From Octopus sinensis (taxonomy: Eukaryota), in NCBI RefSeq assembly GCF_006345805.1, contig NC_043010.1, positions 6,448,001 through 6,512,000 of the forward strand: a stretch of 64,000 nt of DNA. Reading direction: 5' to 3'. The notes beneath the pieces were generated by a model. That model was not told the DNA's origin. It made no database searches and saw only the letters and a program-made list of their open reading frames with translations. This document shows, in pieces, positions 26,134 through 39,567 of this stretch (position 1 is its first letter; each line of letters begins with the position of its first letter). Both the position numbers and the translations under genes were made by a program.

Positions 26134-26466
26134 GGAGGAGACCCCCTTCGGTCATGAATGACCATGGGATTGCACCTAGAAAGTTACCCTCCAAGGCACA
26201 AGTCCAGGCAAAATTATTTATGGAAGGCTGGCAATCACCCATGCATACCAGCTTTCCCTCTCCTCACCACTGATATTATCCAAGGGAAAGGCAAAGGCCG
26301 ATATAGCATGGCACCAGTAACATCGCAACTCATTTCTACAGCTGAGTTAACTGGAGCCACATGAAATAAAGTGTCTTGCTCAAGAACACAACATGCAGCC
26401 CGGTCCGCGAATCGAACTTACAACCTCACGGTTGTAAGCTCAATGCTCTAACCACTGAGCCATGTG

Positions 26467-26468
<2 letters not shown>
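26134..26468 (-). mobile_element. tRNA-derived SINE, family F core with another tail
   Basis: Minus strand: gcacatggctcagtggttagagc (A box)...agttcgattcgc (B box)...gtgttcttgagcaagacacttt. Confidence 0.85.
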
Positions 26469-26526
<58 letters not shown>

Positions 26527-26539
26527 CATTCTTCTTCTT

Positions 26540-26604
<65 letters not shown>

Positions 26605-26890
26605 AGCAGTGAGCTGGTCGAATGGTTAGCACACCATGGAAAATGCAAAATGCTTAGTAGCATTTTATCTGTCCATACATTTTGAGTTCAAATTCCACAG
26701 AGGTCAACTCTGCCTTTCATCATTTCGGAGTCAATAAAATAAATGCCATTGCTGGTTTCTACTAAAACTTGAAATCATCATCATCATCATCATCATCGTT
26801 ATTATTATTACTAAGGCGGTGAGCTGATAGACTTGTTAGCATGCTAAGCAAAATGCTTAGTGGTATTTCATCTTAGTGGTATTTCATCGC

Positions 26891-27122
26891 AAGGCGGCGA
26901 GCTGGCAGAAACGTTAGCACGCTGGGCGAAATGCTTAGCGGTATTTCGTCTGCGTTACGTTGTGAGTTCGAATTCCGCCGAGGTCGACTTTGCCTTTCAT
27001 CCTTTCGGGGTCAATAAATTGAGTACCAGTTACGCACTGGGGTTGATGTAATCGACTTAATACCTATGTCTGTCCTTGTTTGTCCCCTCTGTGTTTAGCC
27101 CCTTGTGGGTAATAAAGAAATA
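26891..27122 (+). mobile_element. SINE family C, young copy inserted into an older family C copy
   Basis: TSD ggtatttcatc at 26878-26888 and 27123-27133; host halves at 26814-26890 and 27123-27290. Confidence 0.9.
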
Positions 27123-27343
27123 GGTATTTCATCTGTCTGCACATTCTGGGTTCAAATTTCGCAGAGGTTGACATCGTCTTTTATCCTTTCAGGGGTTGAT
27201 AAATTAAGTTCCAGTCGAACACTGGGGTTGCTGTAATTGACTAACACCCTCCCCCAAAATTTCTGGCCTTGTGCCAAAATTTGAAACCATTATTATTCTT
27301 GTTACTTTAATATCATCTTTCCCTTAACCTTTATTGAAAAATT

Positions 27344-27729
27344 GTGGAGGCGCAATGGCCCCGTGGATAGGGCAGCGGATTCGCGGTCGTAGGATCGCGG
27401 TCTCGATTCCCAGACCGGGCGTTGTGAGTGTTTATTGAGCGAAACACCTAAAAGCTCCACAAGGCTCCGGCAGGGGATGGTGGCGATCCCTGCTGTACTC
27501 TTTCACCACAACTTTCTCTCACTCTTACTTCCTGTTTCTGTTGTACCTGTATTTCAAAGGCCCGGCCTTGTCACTCTCTGTGTCACGCTGAATATCCCTG
27601 AGAACTACGTTAAGGGTACACGTGTGTGTGGAGTGTTCAGCCACTTACACGTTAATTTCACGAGCAGGCTGTTCCGTTGATTGGATCAACCAGAACCCTC
27701 ATCGTCGTAACCGACGGAGTGCTTCCATC
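27344..27729 (+). mobile_element. tRNA-derived SINE family B, full length
   Basis: A and B boxes; TSD tattgaaaaatt at 27332-27343 and 27730-27741. Confidence 0.95.
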
Positions 27730-28229
27730 TATTGAAAAATTAAGGTTGAGAGGTCAGCAATGACTAGACTGAAACTAATTTTCAGAACTTGTATACTTTT
27801 AAAATTCCTTTATTAGAATGTAGCTGGCATCCCTAGATTTCTTCCAAATTTGATTAGAACCAATAAACTATTTGTCTCATTTGCATATAGCAATAAATTT
27901 CAGGTCAATCAACTAGAATTTTAATACATTTATTTTTCTTCTGCTTATAATTTGCATTATCCGTCTAATGCTTTCATTGGTAATATGTAGATTGAGTTAA
28001 TATCTTATTCGAGTTTCAGATTATTTTTACTAACTGGGTTGACCAATAACTTGGGAGCTGAATTTGGTTGATAGGAAATGTGTGGTAGGTGACATTGATG
28101 ATAACGATTATAGTGATGCTATATATATACATGCTTGTACGTATAAATATATGCATGAATGTGTGTATCTGTGTATGCTTACCTTCATACATACAAACTG
28201 TATGTGTGTGAGTGTGTGTTTGTATGTGT

Positions 28230-28232
28230 ATC

Positions 28233-28263
<31 letters not shown>

Positions 28264-28376
28264 CCATCTATCAAACATCTATCTATCTATCTATCTATCT
28301 GTCTGTCTATCTATCTATCTATCTATCATCTATCTATCTATCTATCTATCTATATCTATCTATCTATATCTATCTA

Positions 28377-28475
<99 letters not shown>

Positions 28476-28500
28476 GTCTCTCTGTCTGTCTGTCTGTTTG

Positions 28501-28579
<79 letters not shown>

Positions 28580-28620
28580 GTCTGTCTGTCTGTCTGTCTA
28601 TCTGTCTGTCTGTCTGCTTG

Positions 28621-28691
<71 letters not shown>

Positions 28692-28708
28692 GTCTGTCTG
28701 TCTGCTTG

Positions 28709-28790
<82 letters not shown>

Positions 28791-28810
28791 AGTCCATCTA
28801 TCTATCTATA
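28230..28810. repeat. (TCTA/TCTG)n microsatellite
   Basis: Direct reading. Confidence 0.97.
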
Positions 28811-28812
28811 TA

Positions 28813-29662
28813 CAGGAGTTTGACAAAATAATGGAAGCACCTAGCATATAAGCATCATGATTTTGAAATATCTATAAAATTGTCAAAAACTTGTTTATTT
28901 TTATGGTTTTTGATTTATTGTTAATGTTGCATAACATGTTTTGCTAAAATTGCTGTTTATTTTCAGATATCATCAGAAAAAGGGAATTCAAATTCATTGA
29001 AATGACAGATCTATTGGACTTTCAAAGAGGTCAAATTGGTGCTCATATGGCAGGCACTAGTGTAACGGAAACAGCCAAAATGTTTGGTGTATCAAGGATT
29101 ACTGTCTTGAAAGTAATGACAGCCTTTGTGAAAGAGGGAAAAACCTCCTTGTCGAAACCAAACTCCGGAAGAAAACCAAAACTTTCTGTCAGAGACTGTT
29201 GGACTCTTACATGAATTGTTAGAAAGGATCATAAAAGTTCAGCTCCCAAAATTACTACAGAGCTTAATGACCACCTCGAGAATCCAGTTTCCACAAAAAT
29301 TGTTTGCCTGGAGTTGCACAAAGCCAGATTTCATGGGAGGGCTGCGATCAGAAAACCACTACTTTCAAAAACAAATGTTACAAAGCGTTTAGAGTGCAGT
29401 AAAAACCTACAGAATTGGTCCCTAGAACAGTAGAAGAACGTTATTTTCTCGGATGTGTCATCCTTTACTTATTTCCAACCACTGGCTGAGTATATGTGTG
29501 GAGACATCCAAAAGAAGCATTTGACCCAGACTACCTTCTTCCAACAGTTAAATATGGAGGAGGATCTATGATCTGGCGGGATATATCTTGGAAATTAGCT
29601 GGCCCAATGGTTTTCCCTCATGGCAGAATTAATAGTGAAAACTATTTAAGCATTTTATCTGA
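28813..29662 (+). mobile_element. Tc1-like transposon, 3'-truncated, transposase pseudogene
   Basis: ta|caggagtttgacaaaataatgg putative TIR; MTDLLDFQRGQI..HTH..SGRKPKLS, KPLL, VIFSD, VWR...PTVKYGGGSMIW; stops and frameshifts. Confidence 0.88.
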
Positions 29663-29675
29663 ATACCATGGTGTT

Positions 29676-29938
29676 AAAGGTAAAGGTAAAGTTACTTTCT
29701 CGAGTCATAAGGCTCATAAGAGCTTGTTTTCCAGTTTCATGGCATTTATGTTCCTCACCTGGATGGGACACTAGTCCATCACAGGATTACTCATTTTTAC
29801 CAGCTGAGTAGACTGGAGCAATGTGAAATAAAGTGTTTTGCTCAAAAACACAATGCATTGCCCAGTCCAGGAAATGAAACCACAATCTTAGGATAAGGAG
29901 TCCAACAGCCTAACCACTAAGCCACATGGCTCAGCATG
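29676..29938 (-). mobile_element. tRNA-derived SINE family F
   Basis: Minus strand: gtggcttagtggttagg head; tail (ttacct)n; TSD ccatggtgtt at 29666-29675 and 29939-29948. Confidence 0.85.
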
Positions 29939-30006
29939 CCATGGTGTTGGGCCTGTATCACTGTTACTACTGACCAGTTCAAGCTATTTCCTTAACAACT
30001 ATTTAA

Positions 30007-30226
30007 CCCTTTCGTTACTGTATTTATTTTGAGATGCTCTGTGTTTCTTTCAATTATTTTAAATATGACAAAGAATTTAGTAAAATAACTTGGTTGTAAT
30101 TAAGCTAGTGTTAGGAACATAAATTGTGACTAAGGTTTGGTGGAAGATTTTAATTCAAAATTTATGAAAACAAGACATTTTACCACAGAGCCAGAGCCAG
30201 TTTTGGCCGGGTTAGTAACAAAAGGG
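30007..30226. mobile_element. piggyBac-like MITE
   Basis: ttaa|ccctttcgttact ... agtaacaaaaggg|ttgg: CCC/GGG TIRs, left TTAA intact, right one degraded. Confidence 0.65.
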
Positions 30227-30644
30227 TTGGATCTCTAGGCAAATAATTGTTTTGAGCTGCTTGTCAAATAAAAGGTATCTCTGATGTTGGCACTGGATGT
30301 TTAGTAGAAAGAAAGGGCATCTAATTGCTAAAGTAATTGCTTTGAAAGTCTGTAATCATCAAGACAGATGACATGAACAAACCATCTCATGATACTTGAT
30401 GAGACAAACTTCCATTCTGAAACAGCCCACTCTTATGAGACCCTGAAAATGGCCAAGACGATGGCATTATATCCTTTGATTAAATTATGAAAAATATGAT
30501 TCATTTAATCAATATATGTATGGCTGTGTGGTTAAAAAGCTTGGTTTGTAATCAGGAGGGTGTAATAGCTGGTGCTGAGCCTAAGGGCTTGGGGAGAAGT
30601 GAATAAATGAGGAGTGTCTGCAAAGAGTTGAAGCTATTCTATTC

Positions 30645-30860
30645 TATTCTTTTACTTGTTTTAATCATTCGACTGTAGGGGCACCACTTTGAAGGGTTTT
30701 AACCAAACAAATCAACCCCAGTACTTATTTGTAAGTCTGGTACTTATTCTATTGATTACTTTTACCGAACTACTACATTATAGGGATGTAAACAAACCAG
30801 CACAAATTGTCAAGCAATGGTAAAAGGGGTGATAACAAATAGAGTCACAAAAATACGTAC
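30645..30860 (-). mobile_element. SINE family A 3' half, degenerate
   Basis: ttttacttgttt..tcatt...tacttattct...gtaaacaaaccagca..ttgtcaagc. Confidence 0.65.
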
Positions 30861-31941
30861 ACTTAGATATGTGTCAAAACCATAATGTTATATGATCGGC
30901 AGCTGATGACAGAAGTATAAGAAGTGCATTCTATAAGTTTTGAAACTTCTTTGAAAGAAACAGTTATAACTCTCCTAGATTACTATAATGTTAGTATATT
31001 AATACTATACATATGATAAGTAGACCTGCCAACCTTTGTTATTCCAGATTAAAGGAGATGACTGTAACAGCAATTTGAACATGTTCCACTAAGCACTGCT
31101 TGTCACAACTGGCTGGTTTGCAGAATGCAGTCAGGATGTGAAGACAATTTGGAAGCACACAATGCAATAAAGAGTGGTGGTAGTGGCACTGGTGCTTGTG
31201 GTGGTATGATTTCAGTGGCAGTGGTGATGGTAGTGGCAGTGCTTGTGGTGGTGGAGATATTTCTTGCAATAATTGTGATAATGGCACATTTGCGGTGATG
31301 ATGGTGATGATGATGGAGGTGGTATAGTGGGATCAATTAGCACAACACATCCCCAGCCCTTTACTATCAGGGGGCCCATTTCGCTAAATCAATAATTCTC
31401 CATGAGACCTCGCCTGATTTTTTTTCTGTTTTTTAATAGCTCAATAAAATAAAAATAAAATGAGACACATTTAGCATTTCACCATTTTCTTGGGAAAATA
31501 TTCCACAATTCTTTTAAAGTAAATATTATGTTGTAGCCCTTACGTGGCCATAAGGTTATATTAAAAGCCAATCTTTATCACCAACTTAGCATGAAATGTT
31601 TTGTTTGAACATTCATACTGATGCATGGTACGTAAAAGCATGCATATCATATCATTGGCAAATGAGAGTAAGTCTACTGGTTATTTACAACATCAGTGTT
31701 TGAAAATCCACTGAGATTCTGTATATTGTTGGAAGTGAAATTTAGCTGGTATGATGCGAGTGGATGGCTATCACTGAAGATATGCAGTATGTTGAAATCA
31801 CATGATCTGGCTGTTCCTGCACTCATAATAGACAATTCTTCTCTGCCAATGATATAAACACTTATGCTTTTATGTGTTATGCATGCAAATGAGAGGTTCA
31901 CTTAAAGTGAATAATAAAATATTTAGCATATTTAAAATATA

Positions 31942-32104
31942 GGCGCAGGAATGGCTGTGTGGTAAGTAGCTTGCTTACCAACCACATGGTTCTGGGTTCA
32001 GTCCCACTGTGTGGCATCTTGGGCAAGTGTCTTCTGCTATAGCCTCGGGCCAACCAAAGCCTTGTGAGTGGATTTGGTAGACGGAAACTGAAAGAAGCCT
32101 GTCG

Positions 32105-32147
<43 letters not shown>

Positions 32148-32368
32148 ATGTTCGTGTGTCTGTGTTTTTCCCTCTAGCATTGCTTGACAACCGATCCTGG
32201 TGTGTTTACGTCCCCGTCACTTAGCGGTTCGGCAAAAGAGACCGATAGAATAAGTACTGGGCTTACAAAAGAATAAGTCCCGGGGTCGAGTTGCTCAACT
32301 AAAGGTGGTGCTCCAGCATGGCCGCAGTCAAATGACTGAAACAAGTAAAAGAGTAAAGAGTAAAGAGT
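31942..32368 (+). mobile_element. SINE family A, full length
   Basis: A and B boxes, central microsatellite, (gtaaaga)n tail. Confidence 0.95.
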
Positions 32369-33004
32369 ATTCCAACAAAGCATCCATGTTAAGTTGGAAA
32401 TAAAGATTACCTTTCGATATTAATACTGCTTTTGTCACTAATAATCATGGTTGTATTATAAAGCATAACCCAAGAGCATTTGTATATTATATTAAATATT
32501 TGAACAGTGAAATTATTTTGTCTTTGTGGCTCTTTTAAATCCATACCACGATGCGTTGGGTGGTAACCACTGACTTAGCCAGCCTGTAGTGATATTAAAA
32601 CAACATTAATAAAATATGAAATATGATGCCACTAATGATGTTAATTAGGATAGTGTTTTCTAAAAATCTTCATTAGTGAGAGAATATTTTAAATTGTTGC
32701 TCTGTATTATACATGTTAGCAGTGTTGTGAATTGAAGGCGTGGATTTTGTTAATTCTCCAGCCTATCAATAAATTTAAGCTATCTGTTGTTGTTGTTGTT
32801 ATTAAGCTGCTGCTGCTGCTGCTGCTGCTGCTTCTATATTTTTTTGTTTTGCTTTTGCTTTGTTTTGTTTGTTTGTTTGTTTGTTTTTTTTGTTTGACAG
32901 ATAGTAAAAAGTTCAGTATTGCTAGATTTAATTGTTATATAATGACTGATTTTAATGGAGTCATTCATATTTGTCTTCGCTCTTTGTTCTTTCTTTAAGT
33001 TCTG

Positions 33005-33808
33005 GGAGAGAGGAGGAGAGAGAGGGAAAGAGGAAGAGAGAGAGAGAGAAAGAGAGAGAGAGTGAGGAGGAGAGAGAGGGAAAGAGAAAGAGAGAGAGAG
33101 AAAGAGAGAGAGAGAGGGGATGTGTGTGTGAAATGGAGTTAAGGAGAGAGGAGGAGAGAGAGGGAAAGAGGAAGAGAGAGAGAAAAAGAGAGAGAGAGAG
33201 GGATGTGTGTGTGAAATGGAGTTAAGGAGAGAGGAGGAGAGAGAGGGAAAGAGGAAGAGAGAGAGAAAAAGAGAGAGAGAGAGGATGTGTGTGTGAAATG
33301 GAGTTAAGGAGAGAGGAGGAGAGAGAGGGAAAGAGGAAGAGAGAGAGAAAAAGAGAGAGAGAGGATGTGTGTGTGAAATGGAATTAAGGAGAGAGGAAGG
33401 AATGAGGAAGGGAATAAAGGGGAGTGAATGAAAGTAAAGGAGGGAGAAAAGAAAGAAAAATAAGTAAAAGAGTGAGGAGAAAATGAATGAGAGCAAATGA
33501 GAGACAAGAAACGAGGGGAAAAAAGTGGAGAAAGAAAGAGAGAGTGAAAAAGAGGAAAAGAAGAAGGAGGAAGAGGAGGAAGTGAAAGAATGAGTGAGAG
33601 GAGAGATAGTAAAAAGAAGTAAAAGGAAAAAGAGAACAAGAGAAAAAGCAGAGAGGGAGAGAAGAGAAGGGAATGAAGGAAACAGCAGAAGGAATGTAAA
33701 GAGAACAGAATGAAAGAGAGAATGAAGCATACAGCAGAAAAGAGAGAGAGAGAGGGAGAGGGGGAGAGAGAGAGAGGGAGAGAGAGAGGGAGAGAGAGAG
33801 AGAGAGAT
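33005..33808. repeat. GA-rich polypurine tract including ~4 copies of an ~82-bp unit
   Basis: ggatgtgtgtgtgaaatggagttaaggagagagg at ~33118, 33201, 33283, 33363. Confidence 0.9.
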
Positions 33809-34110
33809 GGTTGTAGTAAATCTTCCATTTTACTCATTGTTTTACTTGCTTCCATAATTTCTGTAGCCATTGGAACTAACGGGGGTTTTTTTTCTTTTCC
33901 CCATTGTTTTCATCACAAGGAATTTCTGACATGTCTCCTCCTTGCTTGATTTCCAATGACAAGAAGAATAGAAGGGGCTTTTATGCTGTGAAGAAAACCC
34001 CTGGTATTTTGTCCCTTTAAGTGGAACAGAAATTGGCCTAATAAATTCCTGCAAAGTTTTTATCCTACTTAAAGAGTAATTATCCTGCTGATATGAAGTT
34101 GTGATTGCTA

Positions 34111-34768
34111 TAGTAGTAGTAGTGGTGGTGGTGGTGGTGGTGGTGATGGTGGTGGTGGTGGTGGTGGTAGTGGTGGTGGTGGTAGTGGTGGTGGTGGTGG
34201 TGGTGTGGTGGTGGTGGTAGTGGTGGTGGTGGTAGTGGTGGTGGTGGTGGTGGTGGTGGTAGTGGTGGTGGTGTGGTGGTGGTGATGGTGGTGTGGTGGT
34301 GGTATGGTGGTGGTGGTAGTGGTGGTGGTGGTGGTAGTAGTAGTAGTGGTGGTGGTGGTGGTGGTGGTGGTAGTAGTAGTGGTGGTGGTGGGTGGTGGTG
34401 GTGGTGGTGGTGGTAGTAGTAGTAGTAGTAGTGGTGGGGTGGTGGTGGTGGTGGTGGTGGTGGTGGTAGTGGTGTGGTAGTAGTAGTAGTGGTGGTAGTA
34501 GTAGTAGTGGTGGTGGTGGTGGTGGTGGTGGTGGTGGTGGTGGTGTGGTAGTGGTGGTGGTAGTAGTAGTGGTGGTAGTAGTAGTGTAGTGGTGGGGTGG
34601 TGGTGGTGGTGTGGTGGTGGTGGGGTGGTGGTGGTGGTGGTGGTAGTGGTGGTGGTAGTAGTAGTAGTGGTGTAGTAGTAGTAGTAGTGGTGGTGGTGGT
34701 GGTGGTGGTGGTGGTAGTGGTGGTGGTAGTAGTAGTGGTGGTGGTAGTAGGTAGTAGTGGTGGTGGTG

Positions 34769-34800
<32 letters not shown>

Positions 34801-35080
34801 GGTGGTGGTAGTAGTGGTGGTGGTGGTGGTGGTGGTGGTGGTGGTAGTAGTAGTAGTAGTGTAGTAGTAGTGGTGGTAGTGGTGGTGGTGGTGGTGGTGG
34901 TGGTAGTGGTGGTGGTAGTAGTAGTAGTGGTGGTAGTAGTAGTAGTAGTGGTGGTGGTGGTAGCAGTAGTAGTAGTGGTGGTGGTGGTGGTGGTGGTAGT
35001 AGTAGTAGTGGTGGTGGTGGTGGTGGTGGTGGTGGTGGTAGGAGTAGTAGCAGCAGCAGCAGCAGTAGTTGTTGTAGTTG
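34111..35080. repeat. ~1 kb (GGT/AGT)n microsatellite
   Basis: Direct reading. Confidence 0.97.
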
Positions 35081-35099
35081 ATGTTGCTATTGTCGTTTG

Positions 35100-35372
35100 T
35101 TTTTATCTTTTACCTTTTGCTTGCTTCACTCATTAGACTGTGACCATACCACCGAGGTAATGCCTTGAAGAATCTTTAGCTCAATGAATCAACTCCACTG
35201 CTTAATTCTTTCTGTTTGCAAGCCTGGAACTTATTTTATTGGTCTCCTGTTCCAAGCCACCAAGTTACACAGATGTAACACCCACTGGTTGTCAAGTGGT
35301 GGTGGCAGGGGACAAACACAAAGACAAAAACACACATATGTGTGTGTGTGTGTGTGTGTGTGTGTTTGTCTT

Positions 35373-35408
<36 letters not shown>

Positions 35409-35955
35409 CACAGGAGTGGCTGGGTGGTAAGTAGCTTGTTTACCAACCACATGGTTCCGGGTTCAGTCCTACTGCGTGGCATCTTGGGCAAGTCTCTTCT
35501 GCTATAGCCTTGGGCCGACCAAAGCCTTGTGAGTGGATTTGGTAGACGGAAACTGAAAGAAGCCCGTCGTATATATGTATATATATGTATATGTGTGTGT
35601 GCATGTATATTTGTGTTTGTCCCCCTAGCATTGCTTGACAACCGATGCTGGTGTTTTTATGTCCCCGTCACTTAGCGGTTCGGCAAAAGAGACTGATAGA
35701 ATAAGTACTGGGGTCGAGTTGCTGTACTAAAGGCGGTGCTCCAGCATGGCCGCAGTCAAATGACTGAAACAAGTAAAAGAGTAAAAGAGTATATGATAGG
35801 CTTCTTTCACTTTCTATCTACTAAATCCACTCACAAGGCATTGGTCGGCCGAGGCTATAGTAGAAGACACTTGCCCAAGGTGCCAGATAGTGAAACTGAA
35901 CCCAGAATCATGTGGTTGGTAAGTAAGCTGCTTATCACACAGCCACTTCTGTGCC

Positions 35956-35957
<2 letters not shown>
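35100..35957 (-). mobile_element. Older SINE family A copy split by a plus-strand family A copy
   Basis: 3' half at ~35100-35340 and 5' half at ~35795-35957 on the minus strand. Confidence 0.8.
35407..35790 (+). mobile_element. SINE family A, nested
   Basis: Near full length with a ~20-bp deletion in the 3' part. Confidence 0.93.
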
Positions 35958-35992
<35 letters not shown>

Positions 35993-36004
35993 TATATATA
36001 TATA

Positions 36005-36051
<47 letters not shown>

Positions 36052-36116
36052 TATATATATATGTATGTATATGAGATATATATATGTATATGATATGGTT
36101 CTTTCACTTTCCATTT

Positions 36117-36515
36117 GTGGAGGCGCAATGGCCCAGTGGTTAGGGCAGCGGACTCGCGGTCATAGGATCGCGGTTTCGATTCCCAGACCAGGCGTTGTGA
36201 GTGTTTATTGAGCAAAAACACCTAAAAAGCTCCACGAGGCTCCGGCAGGGGATGGTGGTGATCCCTGCTGTACTCTTTCACCACAACTTTCTCTCACTCT
36301 TACTTCCTGTTTCTGTTGTACCTGTATTTCAAAGGGCCGGCCTTGTCACTCTCTCTGTGTCACGCTGAATATCTCCGAGAACTACCTTAAGGGTACACGT
36401 GTCTGTGGAGTGCTCAGCCACTTACACGTTAATTTCACGAGCAGGCTGTTCCGTTGATTCGGATCAACCGGAACCCTCGTCGTTGTAACCGAAGGAGTGC
36501 TTCCCTTCCCTTCCC
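36117..36515 (+). mobile_element. tRNA-derived SINE family B, full length, inserted in a minus-strand family A half copy (~36095-36662)
   Basis: TSD ttcactttccattt at 36103-36116 and 36516-36529; (ttccc)n tail. Confidence 0.95.
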
Positions 36516-37131
36516 TTCACTTTCCATTTATTAAATCCACTCACAAGGCTTTTTTTGGTCCGAGGCTATTGTAGAAGACACTTGCCCAAGGTGCCACACA
36601 GAGGAACTGAACCTGGAACAATGTGGCTGGTAAGCAAGCTTCTTACCACACAGCCACGCCTGTGATGATGGTGATGATATTTTTGTTGTTGTTGATGATG
36701 ATGATGATGATGATGTTAGTAGTAGTTGTTCTTGATGATATTGGTGTTTTTATTCCTGTTACCGTTGCTGATATTGGTGTTGTTGCTTGGCTCCAGATCT
36801 CAACTCTGATTGAGCAGACCAGGATCCAAAACATTACAACCATGACCATCCTGTCTTCTTAGGTATATATAAAGCTACAACATTATCTAATGTGTCTTTT
36901 AGTGAACATGACAGGTGGTGATTCAAGGGAGGATTTAAATGCCATTTTCAGTAAGTCAAGTAATAGAAAAATGACTCATTCATTCAATCATACTGATTTG
37001 ATTATGGTGATAATGGAAGCAAGGTGTGGAGTAGGTGTTGTCCTTGAAAAAGATGCAAACAAAGGCACCATTTTACATCAATGTAATCCAGACTCAAGCA
37101 CACATATACAGAAACACACACATATATTTAC

Positions 37132-37310
37132 ATAGGAGTGGCTGTGTGGTAAGTAGCTTGCTTACCAACCACATGGTTCTGGATTCAGTTCCAGTGAATG
37201 GCACCTTGGGAAAAGCGTCTTCTACTATAGCCTCGGGCCGACCAAAGCCTTGTGAGTGGATTCGGTAGACAGAAACTGAAAGAAGCCCGTCGTATATATG
37301 TATATGTGTA
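37132..37310 (+). mobile_element. SINE family A 5' half, host of the mariner
   Basis: Head and body up to the TA microsatellite; continues briefly after 38581. Confidence 0.88.
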
Positions 37311-38580
37311 AGAGGGGCGTTCAATAAGTAATGCCTCTGACCCACTTGCAGTTGTTTGATCTAGCTGAAATTTTGCATGTGCAATTATTTATATCTCTAT
37401 AGATTAAGTGGCAAATTACAGCTCTGAACTAATTGTGGTTTCCGATTTACAGGTGTTTGAACTGAGTCAAGTGTGAAATGGAGCATGTTGAGTGTCGAGC
37501 AGTGATCCGGTTTTTGTATTTGAAAGGATGCACACCACAGGAGACTTTTGATGAAATGAAAATAACTTATGGTGATGATGCACCATCATATGACCTTGTA
37601 AAACGCTGGCATCGTGAATTCAAACATGGTCGGAACTCTGTGGAAACGGCTCCCAGATATGGTCGCCCCCTTCTGCCATTGATGAGGCATCTGTCTGTCA
37701 AGTTGAGGCTGCCATTTTGGAAGATCGACGCATAACTATTCGCCAAATAGCCCATGAGGTCAAGATTAGTACCGGGTCTGTGGAAACTATCATTCACGAC
37801 CATTTGCATATGCAAAAGGTGTCTGCCAGATGGATTCCCAGGTTGCTCACACCTTTCCAGAAGCAAGAACACGTCGATTGCTCGAGGATGAATTTGGAGA
37901 TGTGCCAAGAAGATGAGTCAAAATTTTTCAAAAGACTGATTGCATAGGATAAAACCTGGATCCATCACTATGATCCAGAGACCAAAGCCCAGTCAATGCA
38001 GTGGAAGCACCGTGACTCACCTCCTCCAAAGAAGGCAAGGGTGCAGCCCTCCACTGGCAAGGTCATGCTTACAGTCTTCTGGGACCAGGACGGAGTAGTG
38101 AAGTCAGATTTCCTGGCAAAGGGTGCCACAATTACAGGAGTCTATTATGCTTCACTTTTGAGGAAATTAAGAGAAGCTATCAAAATCAAGAGGCGGGGCA
38201 AGATCAGCAAAGGCATCCTCCACCTGCAGGACAACTCGTGTATCGCCAGATCAGAAGCACAGGCGTGCGGCTATGAACTCATCCCCCATCCCCCCTACTC
38301 TCCTGACCTTGCACCCTCTGATTTTCACCTCTTCCCAGCCATGAAGTTGTTTTTGAAAGGAAAGCGTTTCCCAGATGATGCAGCCTTGATTTCTGAAGTC
38401 ACGTCGTGGTTGGAGGACCAAGCTGGGGTCTTCTACAAAAACGGTCTTCAGAGCTGCATCAAACGATGGGAGAAATGCGTAACTCTGGGTGGTTCCTATG
38501 TAGAAAAAGACTAATAACTGTTCCAAGTTTCGTTGCTCTACTGCTATGGGTCAGGGGCATTACTTATTGAACGCCCCTCG
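37311..38580 (+). mobile_element. Full-length mariner transposon (1270 bp)
   Basis: TIRs (a/c)gaggggcgttcaataagtaatgccyctgaccca at both ends; TA TSD. Confidence 0.96.
37478..38514 (+). pseudogene. Mariner transposase pseudogene
   Basis: MEHVECRAVIRFL..HTH, WIPRLL (WVPHEL motif), D(K)TWIHHYDPE, LQDN, HPPYSPDLAPSDFHLF; frameshift near 37670, in-frame stop near 37945, deletion after DN. Confidence 0.93.
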
Positions 38581-38660
38581 TATATGTATGTGTGTATATA
38601 TTTTTGTGTGTCTGTGTTTGTCTGTATATATGTGTGTGTGTGTGTATGTATATATATATA

Positions 38661-38707
<47 letters not shown>

Positions 38708-38800
38708 AATAAAGTTAGATAGACCAGACTTACCTGACTTTATTTATATTATATACTGCTCTATGTACATTTCTGTGTCTTAATATTTCTTGGTCAATTA

Positions 38801-39066
38801 TGTGTGATCTGAATGGGTTTGGGCTGCCATCTCTAGGAGACTGAGTAACCCTGTAGAGACACAAATATTGGCACATTTCTGAAAGTTTGTGATCACAATA
38901 ATTTCCATTGATCTACGATTTAATTTGCCCTTGTATAGCTTAGACAAAAGTGTGTGATTTGAAGGAGATTTCATTGCCGTTTCTAGTAGGATGAATAACC
39001 ACGTAAAGACTGATATTGACACATATTATGAAAGTTTGTGAAGATATGATAATTTCCATTGATCTA
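38801..39066. repeat. Diverged 150-bp-period tandem duplication
   Basis: tgtgtgat.tgaa...gaaagtttgtga...ataatttccattgatcta at 38801-38914 and 38951-39066. Confidence 0.7.
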
Positions 39067-39567
39067 GCAATTATTAATATTAATAAAGACAGGGCAATGA
39101 GTACAATAGACTCTCTTATCCAATAAATATATTCATTAATAACGAGTGATCCTATATTGAAAAGCAAAGATTAAATATATTTAAAAAAAAGCCATAACAA
39201 ATTTGATAAAAATCATTCTAAATTTAATAATGTCTTAATTGGAGATCAATGTAGTAACACATTAATTTCATTGTAACACCTGAAAACAAGGCCATCTTCA
39301 GTGTATTGCAAATAATATAAAGGACATTTGAAAAAAAGCCAAACCCCACTCGCTCTTGTAAAATATAATTTATACAAATAATATATAAATTGGTATATAT
39401 ATAAGAAAATTAGTGTTTTATTGATGGTGATGAAGATAATAATATTAATGATTATAACAATAATAAATTTGGTGAAAATATCTGGGAAATAATTCAGTTC
39501 TTATAAGATAACTTTAAAAGTATTTACTTCAAAGTAGAAAATAAAATTAAAAATTCTTTTATCATAT

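Noticed and set aside
33842-34120. ~90-codon minus-strand open frame next to the GGT tract
   Set aside because: No splice acceptor and no recognisable domain.
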